A DNA stretch of 63,933 nucleotides from Carcharhinus longimanus (Eukaryota): the NCBI GenBank assembly GCA_030264375.1, contig JASCQW010000061.1, positions 53,112,888 to 53,176,820 on the forward strand, given 5' to 3'. This document shows positions 50,760-63,690 of this stretch, in pieces; position 1 is the stretch's first letter, and every line of letters begins with the position of its first letter. Position numbers and translations under genes: made by a program. The notes beneath the pieces were generated by a model. The model made no database searches, was not told the origin of the DNA, and was given only the letters and a program-made list of their open reading frames with translations.

Positions 50760-52500
50760 CTAGCCTTGAGTTAAAACTTTCTGGATCGTCTTGTGGGAAC
50801 AGAGCCAGAAAAAATACCGAGGCTGAGAAATCACTCATGAAATGCTAGTTTGGCCATGTGCTGCTCTGCCTGTGTCCCTGTCCTGCCAGAGACTTCCTGC
50901 ATGGCTCCAGCAATGTTCCGCCAGGGTAAAGACCCACACTCTGCTTGCACTAGAAGGATGTGATACCAGGATGTCAGATGTGGTCAGTGAATATCCAGAC
51001 AATGTCCGCACAACTAACTCGAAAAAAGAAGCACAGAGTTGCTAGATGGACCCTGCAGTGGTGTGATTTAAAAAGCTAAGCACTTTGATTGTAGGTTCAC
51101 AGAATCACAGAATGCTATAGTGCAGGAGAGGTGCTTCGGCCCACTGAGTTTGCACCGACACTCACATCCGACAAATACATGTTTTGAAGTGTCAGATCAA
51201 ACGACAGGACGTAAGAGCAGAAGACAATGAGACGTAGGAGCAGAATTAGGCCACTTGGCCTACTGAGTCTGCTCCACTGTTCAATCATGGTTGATATCTT
51301 TCTCATTCCCATTCTCCTGCCTTTTCCCCATAATCCCTGATCCCCTTATTAATCAAGAACTTATCTACCTCTGTCTTAAAGACACTTAAAGACCTGGCCT
51401 CCAAGGCCTTCTTCTTCAGTGCTGTGTCACTGCTCTCTTTTCTCCTCCTATGGCTCCTGAGGCTAAGCAGGTGAGATTTCTTAGGTGTCCAAAAGTAGAA
51501 ACACAGAAAAGGAAGATTGGTGTGAGAGAGGCAGGGTGAGGTGGAGAAATCCATGCTCTCTCCATCTGCACCTTGGTCATTATACCAGACCTGAGGATAG
51601 GGATATTTTGGCAGTTGAGAAGGGGCTTAAGGCAGGAACATAGCATCATCCTCAATGTTCTCAGTGACTTGGATTCTGCAGGCCCCGACCCACCTGACAA
51701 CATGAAACAGAGAAACATTTCTTCTGTAGAACTCAAGCAATGCAGGCATCCTTTTTAATGCCAGTTCTGCACCAGTCCAATCTATTCTTTGTCACGTTGT
51801 CCTGCAAGTGAGTGAGCAGAATGTCAATGTTTGAGTTGCAGTGAGATTGCATGATTTACCTGCCATAGCCGAATAGCTGGATATATTGAAGGTAGTGAGA
51901 CATGAATGTGAGGTTGGCAGCATTGGTAGGTATATGAAGGTGAAGTTGAGTGTTTGGGTGCTACACAAGATTCCTAAATGTAAGGAACTGCTGCTCGCTG
52001 AATAGTGTGGTCCAACAGTGAGGGAGGTTGGTGTGTGATGAGTTGGCGATGTTCTGTGAAAATACAGGCATTGCAAACTCCGACCATTTGCGTGAAGTCA
52101 TTAGACTGTACATGACAATGCTGCCAGGCTCTGCAGCCTCTGGGGGTTAACTTTACTGGCCACACCCTACCATCCATTCCTGAAAGTGGGTGTTAAGGTT
52201 CTTGGTCCTCCATGGAACCATGGCATCTCTCTGCTCACCTGCACCTTTAATACATTCAGCATGCATCTGACATTGGCTCCCTCTGTTGTCCTAGTGTTCA
52301 CTTTGTAATAATTTACATTGCAGCAATATTTTTTGCAGCTTAAGATGCAGCATACCATTATGAGGTGCCGGCTGTCTATATCACATGGCCAACAAGCAAT
52401 GCTACTGGGCCGTCCTGCTGTATGCAGTGGCTGCAGGCAACCTTCAGGCATAGGTCACAGTGCGGGAGCTACTCAGAGCGACAGTAAAATCATTCAGCTG
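50760..52500 (-). mobile_element. PIF/Harbinger-like relic with Myb/SANT-like remnant
   Basis: Minus strand RAWQHCHVQSNDFTQMV (cf. RTWQQCRKKFNDL) preceded by an APxxSDAxL...RRD-like segment near 52220-52280. Interrupted by SINE/CR1 tails at 51095-51412. Boundaries approximate. Confidence 0.55.
51205..51412 (-). mobile_element. CR1 3' end
   Basis: EARSLSVFKTEVDKFLINKGIRDYGEKAGEW plus UTR. Confidence 0.88.
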
Positions 52501-53326
52501 AAGTGGGTGAACAAAGTTTACATGTTGTTCACCTTGACCTGAACAGGTGAATATAAGTCGNNNNNNNNNNNNNNNNNNNNNNNNNNNNNNNNNNNNNNNN
52601 NNNNNNNNNNNNNNNNNNNNNNNNNNNNNNNNNNNNNNNNNNNNNNNNNNNNNNNNNNNNNNNNNNNNNNNNNNNNNNNNNNNNNNNNNNNNNNNNNNNN
52701 NNNNNNNNNNNNNNNNNNNNNNNNNNNNNNNNNNNNNNNNNNNNNNNNNNNNNNNNNNNNNNNNNNNNNNNNNNNNNNNNNNNNNNNNNNNNNNNNNNNN
52801 NNNNNNNNNNNNNNNNNNNNNNNNNNNNNNNNNNNNNNNNNNNNNNNNNNNNNNNNNNNNNNNNNNNNNNNNNNNNNNNNNNNNNNNNNNNNNNNNNNNN
52901 NNNNNNNNNNNNNNNNNNNNNNNNNNNNNNNNNNNNNNNNNNNNNNNNNNNNNNNNNNNNNNNNNNNNNNNNNNNNNNNNNNNNNNNNNNNNNNNNNNNN
53001 NNNNNNNNNNNNNNNNNNNNNNNNNNNNNNNNNNNNNNNNNNNNNNNNNNNNNNNNNNNNNNNNNNNNNNNNNNNNNNNNNNNNNNNNNNNNNNNNNNNN
53101 NNNNNNNNNNNNNNNNNNNNNNNNNNNNNNNNNNNNNNNNNNNNNNNNNNNNNNNNNNNNNNNNNNNNNNNNNNNNNNNNNNNNNNNNNNNNNNNNNNNN
53201 NNNNNNNNNNNNNNNNNNNNNNNNNNNNNNNNNNNNNNNNNNNNNNNNNNNNNNNNNNNNNNNNNNNNNNNNNNNNNNNNNNNNNNNNNNNNNNNNNNNN
53301 NNNNNNNNNNNNNNNNNNNNNNNNNN

Positions 53327-53387
53327 CAGGCTCGAAGGGCTAGATGGCATACTCCTGCTCCTATTTCTTATGTTCTTATGTTCTTAT
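53327..53387 (+). mobile_element. Young CR1 tail after a 766-N gap
   Basis: caggctcgaagggctagatggc...(ttcttatg)n. Confidence 0.85.
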
Positions 53388-53679
53388 CTGGGAGATTTGT
53401 TTATGGAGCCCAGAAAAAAGATTCATTCAATAATTATCAGCCTATGTCTTCACTGCTTTTGTGCTTTTTTATACTTATTGTCTTTTAGATTTTCAGAAGC
53501 CTTCATTGTAATTCTATTGTGACTGACTTCTTTCCAGCTACTCCAATATCAGTAGATCAGTACATCAGTAGATTTCCCCATGACCATTTCCCTTAGCTTT
53601 GTGCCTTATGAAAAAGGAAGAGAAGGACCAATGGGAGTGACCTTAGGCAGCTACAAAAGTAATTTTCCATTCTTCCTTT

Positions 53680-54700
53680 GATATACAGCAAAGAAACAGG
53701 CTGTTCTACTTAAGTGTTATGTTCCATTTGAGCCTCTTTCCATTCTTTCTCATCTAACTTTGTCAGCAAAACACTTCCCTTCCACATGCTAATCTAACTT
53801 CCCCTTGAATACGTCTATATTACATGCCTGTGGTAGTGAGTTCCATATTCTCATCACTTTCTGGGCAAAGAGGATTTTCTGCATTCTCTTTCTAATTTTT
53901 GGTGACAGTTTTAAATTGATGATCTTCAGCCTTGCTCTTCCCCACAAATGCAAACTCACTCCCTCTATATTCTGCAAAACCTATCATACCTTGAATGACT
54001 TCTACCAGGTCAGAGCAAAGAGACCCAGCCTGTTCATCCTTTTCTAATAGGTATAAATGCAAGCCTCTCTTTATATCCTCATATTTCCAGTATAATCCAT
54101 AAATCATTTCTGCACTCTGCTAAGTGTCTCTATATTCATTTCATAATATGATGACCAGAACAGTACTGCACACGATACTCCAAATATGGTCTGACCAAGA
54201 TTAGATACAAGTGCCTATCTGCTTTTCAATTCTATTCTTCTAGAAAGGACTATATTGCTTTGTTTGCTTTTGACATGGCCCTCTTAACCTGCAGCCCAAC
54301 TGTTAATGATTCATATTTATTCGTACTCCCAGATCCCTTTGTTTCTCTGTTCCATTTATATTCTGATCTTCCAAGTAATATGTGACCTTCTTACTTTTCT
54401 ACCAAAATGTATTAACATTTATTTATTTATATTTCCTACCAAAATATAATCACATTTATCTGTGTTGAAATTAATCTGCCAATTATATCCACATTCTTCA
54501 AGTTTATTGATGTTTCCTTGTAACGTGTGCAGTACTCCTCAGTGTTGCTTATCCTCCCAATTTGGCAATTTAGAAAGTGTCTTTGATGTCAAAATCACAA
54601 TCGTTGATACATGTTGTTAACAATAGTGATACCAGCATGAGTCCTTGTGGAATTTGACTTTCTGCCTCCTACCACTCTGAATAGCTACATTTTGCTCTAC
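53680..54700 (-). mobile_element. Degraded CR1 fragment
   Basis: FAQKVMRIWNSLPQ and LVRPYLEY-like motifs. Confidence 0.75.
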
Positions 54701-55334
54701 TTTACTTCAGTCTTACAGCAAGAACTCTTGGTGGTATCCTCTACACCAGAATTTACAGTCAGGGCCATCCCTCTCTCAATGTCAGAGATGCAATGCCTGC
54801 AGAGGCTGCAATTTACAAAATCGTCTTGATAGTTGTGCTGCATACACTAACCCAATCTGCAGGCAAGCTCTTCTGTCGGCACTGCACTTGCCAGTAGCTG
54901 TCAAGGTCATTATGCCTCTTAAGTTTTATGGTCTGGGATAATTTCAGGCCGTGTAAGCCAATCAACTGTCCGTAAACGTGTAAAAGGAATGACTAATGCT
55001 TTGTTTGCTAGAGCAAGAAATTTTATCTCTTTCCCCATGGACAACCTCCAGTAACTTGAGAGGACTGTGTAGTGTTATAGAGTACCTGGATTCCCAATGG
55101 TCCAGGGGATTGCAAAATGCATCAGTGACACTCTGTTTTGTGCTCCCCCACACAATGTCATGACCTATGTGAATTTCACTCATGTTCCACCTGATTATGC
55201 ATGTCAATGCTGAGTTTCCAGACAGCTGTCAAATGCCTTCATTTTAAGATAGTCCAATGTACTTCCAACATTACACTGACAGACATGTGTCTGGATCACC
55301 AAAACTATTAATTTGAATTCCCACTGCAAACTTT

Positions 55335-55445
55335 CTCCCTCAGTGTACCCAAACAGGAGCTGGAGTGTGGCAGCTGGAGGATTTTCACAGTAATTTCATT
55401 GCAGTGTTAATGTAGGCCTACTTGTGATTAGTAAAAATAAAAGTT
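55335..55445 (+). mobile_element. Alternative-tail V-SINE 3' fragment
   Basis: ctccctcagtgtacccaaacagg...ttcattgcagtgttaatgtaggcctacttgtga; its start overlaps in sequence with the end of 41207-41415. Confidence 0.7.
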
Positions 55446-55619
55446 TGCAACTTTAAAACTGTATGTAGCTGAATCAAATTATTCATGACTACAATGTCAA
55501 ATTTGCTCCTGAGATGAGTTTCCTACCATATATCCACATGATGGACCTCCCTAACATTGCTTAATTTCACCCTTGAATCAGTTGATCCACTGCTGAAACC
55601 CTCTATCCCAACTCACACT

Positions 55620-56500
55620 ATACAGAAGCAAAATACTGCAAATACTGGAATTCTGAAATTCAAAAATAATATACCAAAAATACTCAGCAGGTTCTGTGGG
55701 GACAAAAATAACATCAATGTTTCAAGACTGTGATCTTTCATCACTACTGATAAAGGTTAGAGATGTGGCAGGTTTTAAGCGTGAAGCGGGGAAGGGAAAG
55801 AAGGAGGACTGGAAAGAGTAAATATGAAGGTATATGATAATACCTTGGAAAGTAGGAGAGATTAAAGAGATGATAGCGCAAAGCACCGCTATGAAAACTG
55901 GGAACAGTTTAAGTAGAAGAGGTCAACAGAAGATCTGAGGATGTAAGTGGGATGAGACTAGACAAAGGAAGAAAAAAAAGAGTCCAGATAGGTATAAATC
56001 AGGGCTGTGGAACAGGAGCAAGTTGAAACAATGGGTCAACCAAGTCTGTCCTCTTTCTGGATTTTGGAAGGACAGGGAAATCAGCTCACAGAGTTGGGAG
56101 AACTTCCATGGCCCCAACATTCCTTCCAGATTAAATACTAACCTATTGCTACTTCCTTCCATTTGGTATCCTGAATTCTTTGCTGAAAATGCAGTCTCTT
56201 CTACATCACGGAGACCAATTGCAGATCGGGCGACTGTTCTGTGAAACACAAGAGTGGCTCTGAGCTTCCAGTCACAAGTCATTTTAGTTCTCTACCCACT
56301 CTCACTCCAACTTCTTTGTGTTCAGCCTCCTACATTGTTACAATGGAGCTCACGACAAGTTTGTGGAACAGTGCCTCATCTTGCAATTAGGCAATTTACA
56401 TCCTTCCAGCCTTGACTTTGAGTTTAACAATTTCAGATCTTAACCACTGCTCCCATTTTTTAGACAGCAGCTATTGATTTTGCTACCACCAATTACATCT
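55620..56500. mobile_element. Old Penelope-like element: inverted pLTR plus + strand GIY-YIG remnant
   Basis: aagcaaaatactgca...ctcagcagg arm; 56150-56250 reads ...CSLFYITETNCRSGD...KH. Confidence 0.7.
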
Positions 56501-56559
56501 CCTCTTTTGTTTCCAAACATCATTAGAACTTTTGCCCAAACATGGAGGCAAGTTTAAAC

Positions 56560-56995
56560 TCCAGTGGCTGGAGTCACAAAGGAGGATGATTGTGGTTTTT
56601 TGAGGCAAGACATTTGGACCCTCAGGATATCAGTGCTAGAGTTCCTCAGAATAGTATAAAAAGCCCAACCACTTCCAGCTGCTTCACAATTCCACTGACT
56701 TTGACTGATAGCTGGCAAGACCTCCAACACCTAATAAGGAAAGAACACCAAGAACATGGGAACATCATCACCTCCAAATTACATGGCATCTTGACTTGGA
56801 CATATATCACCATTCCTTCATTGTCTCTAGGTCAAAATGCTCTGTTCCCTATCTAATATCACAGTGGGCATACTTTCACCACATTGACTGCCATGATTGA
56901 AGAAGATGGCTCATGATCAACTTTTCAACGGTGACAATGGATAATAATTGCTGTCCTTGCCAGCAATGCCCACATCCTGAGTATGAATAATAAGG
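56560..56995 (+). mobile_element. CR1-group LINE (second tail family) fragment
   Basis: ARVPQNSI motif; tail ...ccttgccagcaatgcccacatcc, matching the reverse complement of 17385-17500 and 60585-60627. Confidence 0.7.
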
Positions 56996-58269
56996 AAAAT
57001 CTACACTTGTAAGACTATCACACTTCAAAAGAAATCACCTTTTCATTTGAAACAATTAGGAAATGAATATTAAAGGGTTAATTGCACAGTGGGCCAGGAG
57101 CAAAGCTGCTATCATGAGTTCATTGTGAAGCCTAAGCCATTTTAGCTCCTGAATCTTACTGGAATCCAGCAGAGATGTGTCAAGGCCAGCGAACAGGATC
57201 ATACGTAAGGTCAGGAACCTGAGGATGCTATGACATAAGGGAATGTTATGAGCATGGAATTAGTGCCATGGACTGAGTTTGAATGAAGAATCTGAAGCTA
57301 GGAGGAATAAGGCTTGGGCTGGTGATGCCAAATAATCAACATGAGCATCATTCCTCCTGGATTACAGAATTTCACAGATAGTCGTTTAATTATTCATGTC
57401 GAACTCTTTTGGTCATTGCACTAGCTCCTGCCAGTGATGTTGATTTTGGTGCTCTGCCAGCCTCCCAGTGTTTTAACTTAAAATGAGGTCGCAGTGCCAA
57501 TAAGATGATTAGCCTACAATATTTGCATGTGAGCCAAGCCACTGCCTGTCTGGAGTACAGAAATCTGACATGGTTTAAGATGTTGACAGTGACAATGTGT
57601 GGAGAACGTGGAGTGGATCCTGCACCTCCCCCTCCTCCCACACACCCATTCTTGATCTTCAACCATCCTGTTTCCACCAAGTAGGGTTAAAACTGATCTT
57701 TAAGACTTCTGGTTTGTATAACTCACGTTCGGAGCTCAAACAATACTATCTATATAGCTCCTACCCAAAAGATTGCCTCTGCTTTGAACTGAAAATCAAA
57801 TTGTTTTAGCAGCTAAATATGGATTCAAGTGTATATTCAAATAGGTTTGCAGCAGGCCTAAGATTAATTCAGTTGTGTCACTCATAACATGGTTACTGAT
57901 TTGGTTGCTATGCAATTTTACAAAAATCACTGTGCTCTGCATCCTACAATGCCAGGGTTACTGTTGTGATGAAGCTCGCTTGAGGGCACGACAGCTTGGA
58001 TGCAGTCTTCAAACTACTCTTTGTATCCTTAAGCCTGGCAGTAATGCACACTGATGTGAAATGGTGATTTGACAGAGCATGTGATATCAATGGTAATTTT
58101 TCATTCATTTCAAGTGTCAGCATTGTTGTGTTGAGTTACCACTAGTATTGAAACTGTTGACAAATCAGTATTTCCAGACTTGAAATAAAAATTCTACAAT
58201 TATGATTTAACTACCCTGTCACTTTTGGCTTGCACTTGGATTAAACAGACATAAGTGGAAACACTGTGA

Positions 58270-58560
58270 ATATCAAATGAAGTAAAAAGCAAAAAAAAAC
58301 AAATGTTGGCGACCTGAAATATGAATTCAAACTGCTAAATCCACTTAGCAATTCAGAGAGCATATATAGAAACTAAAGATGTGTTAGCATCTAAGGTGTA
58401 GAACATACACTTGACACGACAATTCCCCATCCAACTCCCACTCTGACCTCTGCCTTTTATTGCTGTTTTAGTGAAGCTGAAACAAGAGCCTCATGTCCTT
58501 CTATTAGACATTGTGCAGAGCTAATATTAACTCTAATAACTTCAGAAGTTAACTATATAT
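58270..58560. mobile_element. Highly decayed Penelope-like remnant
   Basis: aaagcaaaa...atgttggcgacctgaaat...cttagca arm and ...gaaacaagagcctcatgtccttctattag tail. Confidence 0.45.
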
Positions 58561-58964
58561 TTAACTAGATCGGTCTCTTTGGTAGGAAATACTACTGATT
58601 TGAGATGTGTATGTTGCTGTTTGCAGGCTGAGTGAGTGGGGTAAGTATGTCTGAGGTGAGGTTCGCTCCATCGGAACTGCATGCTGTTGAAGCTTTGTAT
58701 TGATCTGTGTGTTTATTCTCTTAGGTTCTTGGGTCAATGAGTGCAGTTCCACTTTTCTAATTTTCCATTTCTACCTGCCACATGCTCCACTGCCTCAGCT
58801 ATTCACACGTTCTCTGTATTTCCAAATGTCTTTCATTTCTTCAGTTTCTCTTGGATTATATTATGTTATGATCACTTCTGACCTGGACTTGGGTGTGCAG
58901 ACCCAATTTTAACATTTTCAGGTTGCATAAAGTGCTGTAAGCACAGAGGAAGATGATAACAGAC

Positions 58965-59200
58965 TTCATAGAATCATAACACCCTACAGTATAGAAAAGG
59001 CCATTTGGCCCATTGACTCTGTACCCATCTGACTCTGACAGATTATATTACCCAGGTATTCTCCTCCGCTCCATCTCTGTCACCCCAAACATTCACCATG
59101 CTTAATCCATTTCACCAACACATCTTGAGACACTAAGAGGCAATTTAGCATGGCCAATCCACATAACCTGCTCAACATTGGATGTTGTGGCTGGTGGAAT
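58965..59200 (-). mobile_element. HE1-type SINE 3' half
   Basis: catagaatcataacaccctacagt...gcaatttagcatggccaatcc. Confidence 0.8.
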
Positions 59201-59204
59201 GAGC

Positions 59205-60140
59205 AAATACATAAGAACATAAGAATTAGGAGCAGGAGTAGGCTATCTGACCCCTCGAGCCTGCTCCACCATTCAATGAGTTCATGGCCGACCTTTTCGC
59301 TGCACTTACCTGCCCACTCACCATAACCCTTAATTCCATTACTGTTCAAAAATCTTTCTCTTAAAAACATTCGATGAGGTAGCCTCAACTGCTTCACTGA
59401 GCAAGGAATTTCATAGATTCACAATCCTTTGGGTGGAGAAGTTCCTGCTCAACTCAGTCCTAAATCTGCTTCCCCTTATTTTGAGGCTGTGCCCCCTAGT
59501 TCTAATTTTACGTGCCATTGGAAACAACGTCCCTGCTGTTATCTTATCTATTCCCTTCATAATCTTATGTGTTTCTATAAGATCTCCCCTCATTCTTCTG
59601 AATTCCAATGAGTATAGTCCCAGTCCACTCAGTCTGTCCTCATAAGCCACTCCTCTCAACTCCGGAATCAACCAAGTGAATCCCCTCTGCACCCTCCAGT
59701 GTCAGTGTATCCTTTCTCAAGTAAGGAGACCAAAACTATACACAGTACTCCAGGTGTGGCCTCACCTAGCACCTATACAGCTGCAACATAACCTCCCTGT
59801 TCTTAAACTCCATTCCTCTAGCAATGAAGGACAAATTTTCATTTGTCTTCTTAATTACCTACTGCACCTTCAAACCAACTTTTTGTGATTCATACACAAG
59901 GACACCCAGGTCCCTCTGCACAGCAGCATATTGCAGTTTTGTGACATTTAAATAATAGTCCATGTTGCCATTATTCCTACCAAAATGGATGACCTCACAT
60001 TTACCAACATCGTACTCCACCTGCCAGACCCTTGTCCACTCACTTAGACTATCTGTATTTCTTTACAGACTTTGTGTCCTCTGCACACTTTGCTCTGCCA
60101 TTCATCTTACTTGGTCCCCAACTCCAAATCATCTATGAAA
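59205..60140 (-). mobile_element. CR1 3' fragment
   Basis: ORF 59411..59692 GLYSLEFRRMRGDLIETHKI...RTRGHSLKI; (cataagaa)n tail. Confidence 0.92.
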
Positions 60141-60294
60141 ATTCAAAGATGAGGGGCAGAATTTTCAGACCATTCACAGTGGTGGAATTTTCTGTTTCCG
60201 CTGCTGTGAATGGAGAGTTGGCTGAGCACTAAACTCTCATTCCGGGCTTGTAGCGGCGCTGGAACGTGAACCACCGGAAAATTCCAGATGAGGA

Positions 60295-60520
60295 AGGGAT
60301 TTTTCCTGGTGATGTGACCAAAAATTACCCCTCAACCAACACCACTGAAACAGGTTACTTGATTAGTTATCTGACTGAAGGCCACAGGGCCTGTATGTGC
60401 AAGATAGTTGCCATGTTTGTCTGCATTGCCACAGTGATCACACTTCTCAAGTATCTCATTCGCTGCAATATGCTTTTAGATGTCCTTAGGATATGAGAAG
60501 TATTATGTAAATGTGGGGCT
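60295..60520 (+). mobile_element. DeuSINE/SacSINE1-like fragment with L2-type tail
   Basis: cccctcaaccaacaccactgaaacag...acagtgatcacacttctcaagta...gatgtcctt..gatatgagaag, resembling the remembered Deu-domain SINE 3' part. Confidence 0.6.
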
Positions 60521-60727
60521 TTTCTTAGCAGAAGTTTTTTTATATAATATTTGCTCATGACTCTACATCACTGTCTTTACCAATAACTGGTGCTCATCCT
60601 TGATTGTCCTTAAGAAGGTGATGGTGANNNNNNNNNNNNNNNNNNNNNNNNNNNNNNNNNNNNNNNNNNNNNNNNNNNNNNNNNNNNNNNNNNNNNNNNN
60701 NNNNNNNNNNNNNNNNNNNNNNNNNNN

Positions 60728-61560
60728 CTATTCCCTTCATAATCTTATGTGTTTCTATAAGATCTCCCCTCATTCTCCTGAATTCCAATGAGTATAGTCC
60801 CAGTCTACTTAGTCTCTTCTCATGTCAACCCTCTCAACTCTGGAATCAACCTAGTGAATTTTTTCTGCACCCCCTCCAGTGTCAACACATCCTTTCTCAA
60901 GTAAGGAGACCAAAATTATACTTAGTACTCCAGGTGTGGCCTCACCAGCACCTTCTGCAACAACATAACCTGTTTTAAATTCCATCCATCGAGCAAGAAA
61001 GGACAAAATTTCATTTGCCTTCCTAATTACTTGCTGCACCTGCAAACCAACTTTTTGTGATTCATGCACAAGGACAACAGGTCCATCTGCACAGCAGCAT
61101 TCTTCAATTTTTTACCATTTAAATTGTAGTCTATTTTGCTGTTATTCCTACCAAAATGGATAACCTCACATTTACCAATGTTGTACTCTACCTGCTAGAC
61201 CCTTTCCCACTCACTTAGGCTACCTATATCCCGTTGCAGACTTTCAGTGTCCTCCGCACACTTTATTCTACCACTCATCTTAGTGTCACCAGCGAATTTT
61301 GACACACTACACTTGGTCCCCAACTCCAAAGCATCTATGCAAATTGTAAACAATTGCAGTCCTAACATTGATCCCTGAGACACACCACTAGTCAATGATT
61401 GCCGACTAGAAAAACACCTATTTACCCCCACTCTTTGCTTTCTGTTGGTTAACCAATCCTCTATCCATGCTAATACATTGCTCGTAACACCGTACACCTT
61501 TATCTTATGCAGCAGTCTTTGGTGCGGCACCTTGTCAAATGCCTTCTGAAAATCTTCATC
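60728..61560 (-). mobile_element. CR1 RT fragment, same subfamily as 59205-60140
   Basis: ORF 61195..61575 DFQKAFDKVPH...SGVSQGSMLG...SKFAGDTK. Confidence 0.92.
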
Positions 61561-61599
61561 CATCTCTTTGTTCATTTTTAATTTCTGTTCATCTGTTAC

Positions 61600-61742
61600 A
61601 TTTCCCCCATTTGATGAAGATTTGCACCTGAAATATAATTTAACTGTTCTCTACACCTATGGTGACTGCTTGCTGAACGTTTCCAACATTATCTGTTATT
61701 GTTTCAAATTTTCAGCATTTATATTTTGTTTTTTTTGTTTCA
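61600..61742 (+). mobile_element. Penelope-like pLTR remnant
   Basis: ttgatgaag...ctgaaat...tgctgaacgtttccaacatt.tctgttattgtttcaaatt. Confidence 0.6.
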
Positions 61743-61822
61743 ACTGACAAGAACACACTTGCAGATATAGGCGCATGCATGTATACACACAGGCATGAAA
61801 GGACAGATGAAAAGGTACCCAT

Positions 61823-62855
61823 TGGCTGGGGTTTTACAGAACCTTAGGGTGAGGGCTGGGCGGTAGGTGTCCAAAACAACTCTGGTGGGTGAGAGGAGTT
61901 ATCATTGCCATCAACTCTGGAGTTATCTTCTTGCCATCGCCAGCATTTCATTAGCAATGGGGAAGCCCTCACCACCTGAGGAGAGATCTATCCATGTATA
62001 AAATAGCAGCCACCTTGCAGACTCAGGAGGGGGGACTGATCTAATTGGATGCCTTTGGCCCACAAAGGGTCCCCTCAGAGGGAAGGAATGCCCCCTGACA
62101 ACCCTCTTTACACCCACCATCACCCTTACCTCCTCACAAGGATCTAGCTGAATGGCCTCTACAACTCCGGCCCCACTCACCAGGGTATGTGCCCAAGATG
62201 TCGTTCTGGGCCAGGTGGTCCCAGCAGTGATTCCTGATTCCAGCAGCTCTGCTGGAAGCGCTGCAGGCCCTCCAACTTCGGCAGCTCTTGTTTGATTTGA
62301 TTTGATTTATTATTGTCACATGTAGTAACATACAGTGAAAAGTATTGTTTCTTGCGTGCTATACAGACAAAAACATACCATTCATAGAGAAGAAAACAAG
62401 AGAGTGCAGAATGTAGTGTTACAGCCATAGCTAGGGTGTAGAGAAAGATCAATNNNNNNNNNNNNNNNNNNNNNNNNNNNNNNNNNNNNNNNNNNNNNNN
62501 NNNNNNNNNNNNNNNNNNNNATCTTTTTCCCGAAGCACGAAGGTGGAAGAGAGAATGTCCGGGGTGCATGGGGTCCTTAATTATGCTGGCTGCTTTGCCA
62601 AGGCAGCAGGAAGAGTCAACAGTCAATGGATGGGAGGCTGGTTTGTGTGACGGATTGGGCTACATTCATGATCTTTTGTGGTTCCTGTCTTCTAGACAGC
62701 ATCTCATCCTTTCAAGGGACAGGAATCCCAAGGCCAGGCTGTTAATTGTCCGCTGCTTGTTAAATCCATCAGATTTCCAGAAACAGCTGAGATAGAGTCG
62801 CCCCAACCATCCAAACCAGGGACAGAGAAATTGCCTCCCCATAAAATCCCAGCCA
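61823..62855. mobile_element. TIR-bounded non-autonomous DNA element hosting a Rex1-like insertion
   Basis: tggctggggttttac / ataaaatcccagcca inverted termini. Confidence 0.65.
62290..62680 (-). mobile_element. Rex1/Babar-like LINE 3' end
   Basis: CCLGKAASIIKDPMHPGHSLFHL; (tttga)n tail. Confidence 0.82.
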
Positions 62856-63596
62856 TGTACACAGAATAGTGCTGCTGCTGGTTAATTAATGTTTCTCAAA
62901 TCAAGAGATTAATTAACTTCACAAAAAATTGCCCAAACAGGCTTTTCTGAATTGCGTACAGCACAGAAACAAATTTAATCAATTACAAATCCACTGTATT
63001 TAACTAATTGAAAAGATCAAAATAATCTGAAAAATGTTTTTATTAATTTGAAACACAGAGTGACTTGTTCATTTTTGAGTTATTTTTAAGTTTGAATATT
63101 ACAACAGTGATCACCAGTTATGAAAGATTATTGGTGCAGATGCTGTATGAAAGACAATGGCTAAAACTCTCCCACTTCACCCTCCCTCCCGGAATCAGGG
63201 TGGGTAAGATTCCCAGAGCAGAAATCTCCATTGGCTTCGGGCTGAATTTTACGACCTCGCCCAAGCAAGGCCATAAAATCCAGCCCATTGTGTACTCTCA
63301 AAACAAAAAAAGGCCACATCATTCCACAATTTTAAAAACATTGTTTTAAAAATTTGTGGTATTCTCTGCCTGCAGTGTGCTGATTGTGCTGCCATCTAAC
63401 AGCTTATAATCTATTTGTAGTGCCTGCCATGCCTACCAATAACCCTGGAAATATTCATAACAGTCTTATTCTGTGTCAGTCTTCTGGGGTAAAGGATTAC
63501 AAAGATTCACCATCTTCTGGATGAAGGAACTTCTCATCTGAATCTTTAATATCCTGCCCCTTATTTTGAAATAATGACCCTTGGTTCCAGACTCAC

Positions 63597-63690
63597 CATA
63601 AGAACATAAGAACGTAAGAAATAGGAGCAGGAGTAGGCCATCTAGCCCCTCGAACCTGCCCCGCCATTCAATAAGATCACGGCTGATCTA
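63597..63690 (-). mobile_element. Young CR1 tail
   Basis: Near-identical to 44389-44480; adjoins an older CR1 piece at ~63440-63595. Confidence 0.88.

Noticed and set aside
52529-53488. Long ORF-track calls containing X runs (also near 9340, 13809-14567, 26926-27460, 28246-28782, 32980, 43006, 44326, 60594, 62177)
   Set aside because: They are open only because they cross N-gaps; the real flanks are TE fragments.
59548-61330. Apparent tandem duplication of two CR1 copies around a gap
   Set aside because: The copies differ by many substitutions and indels, so they are more likely independent insertions of one subfamily than an assembly duplicate.
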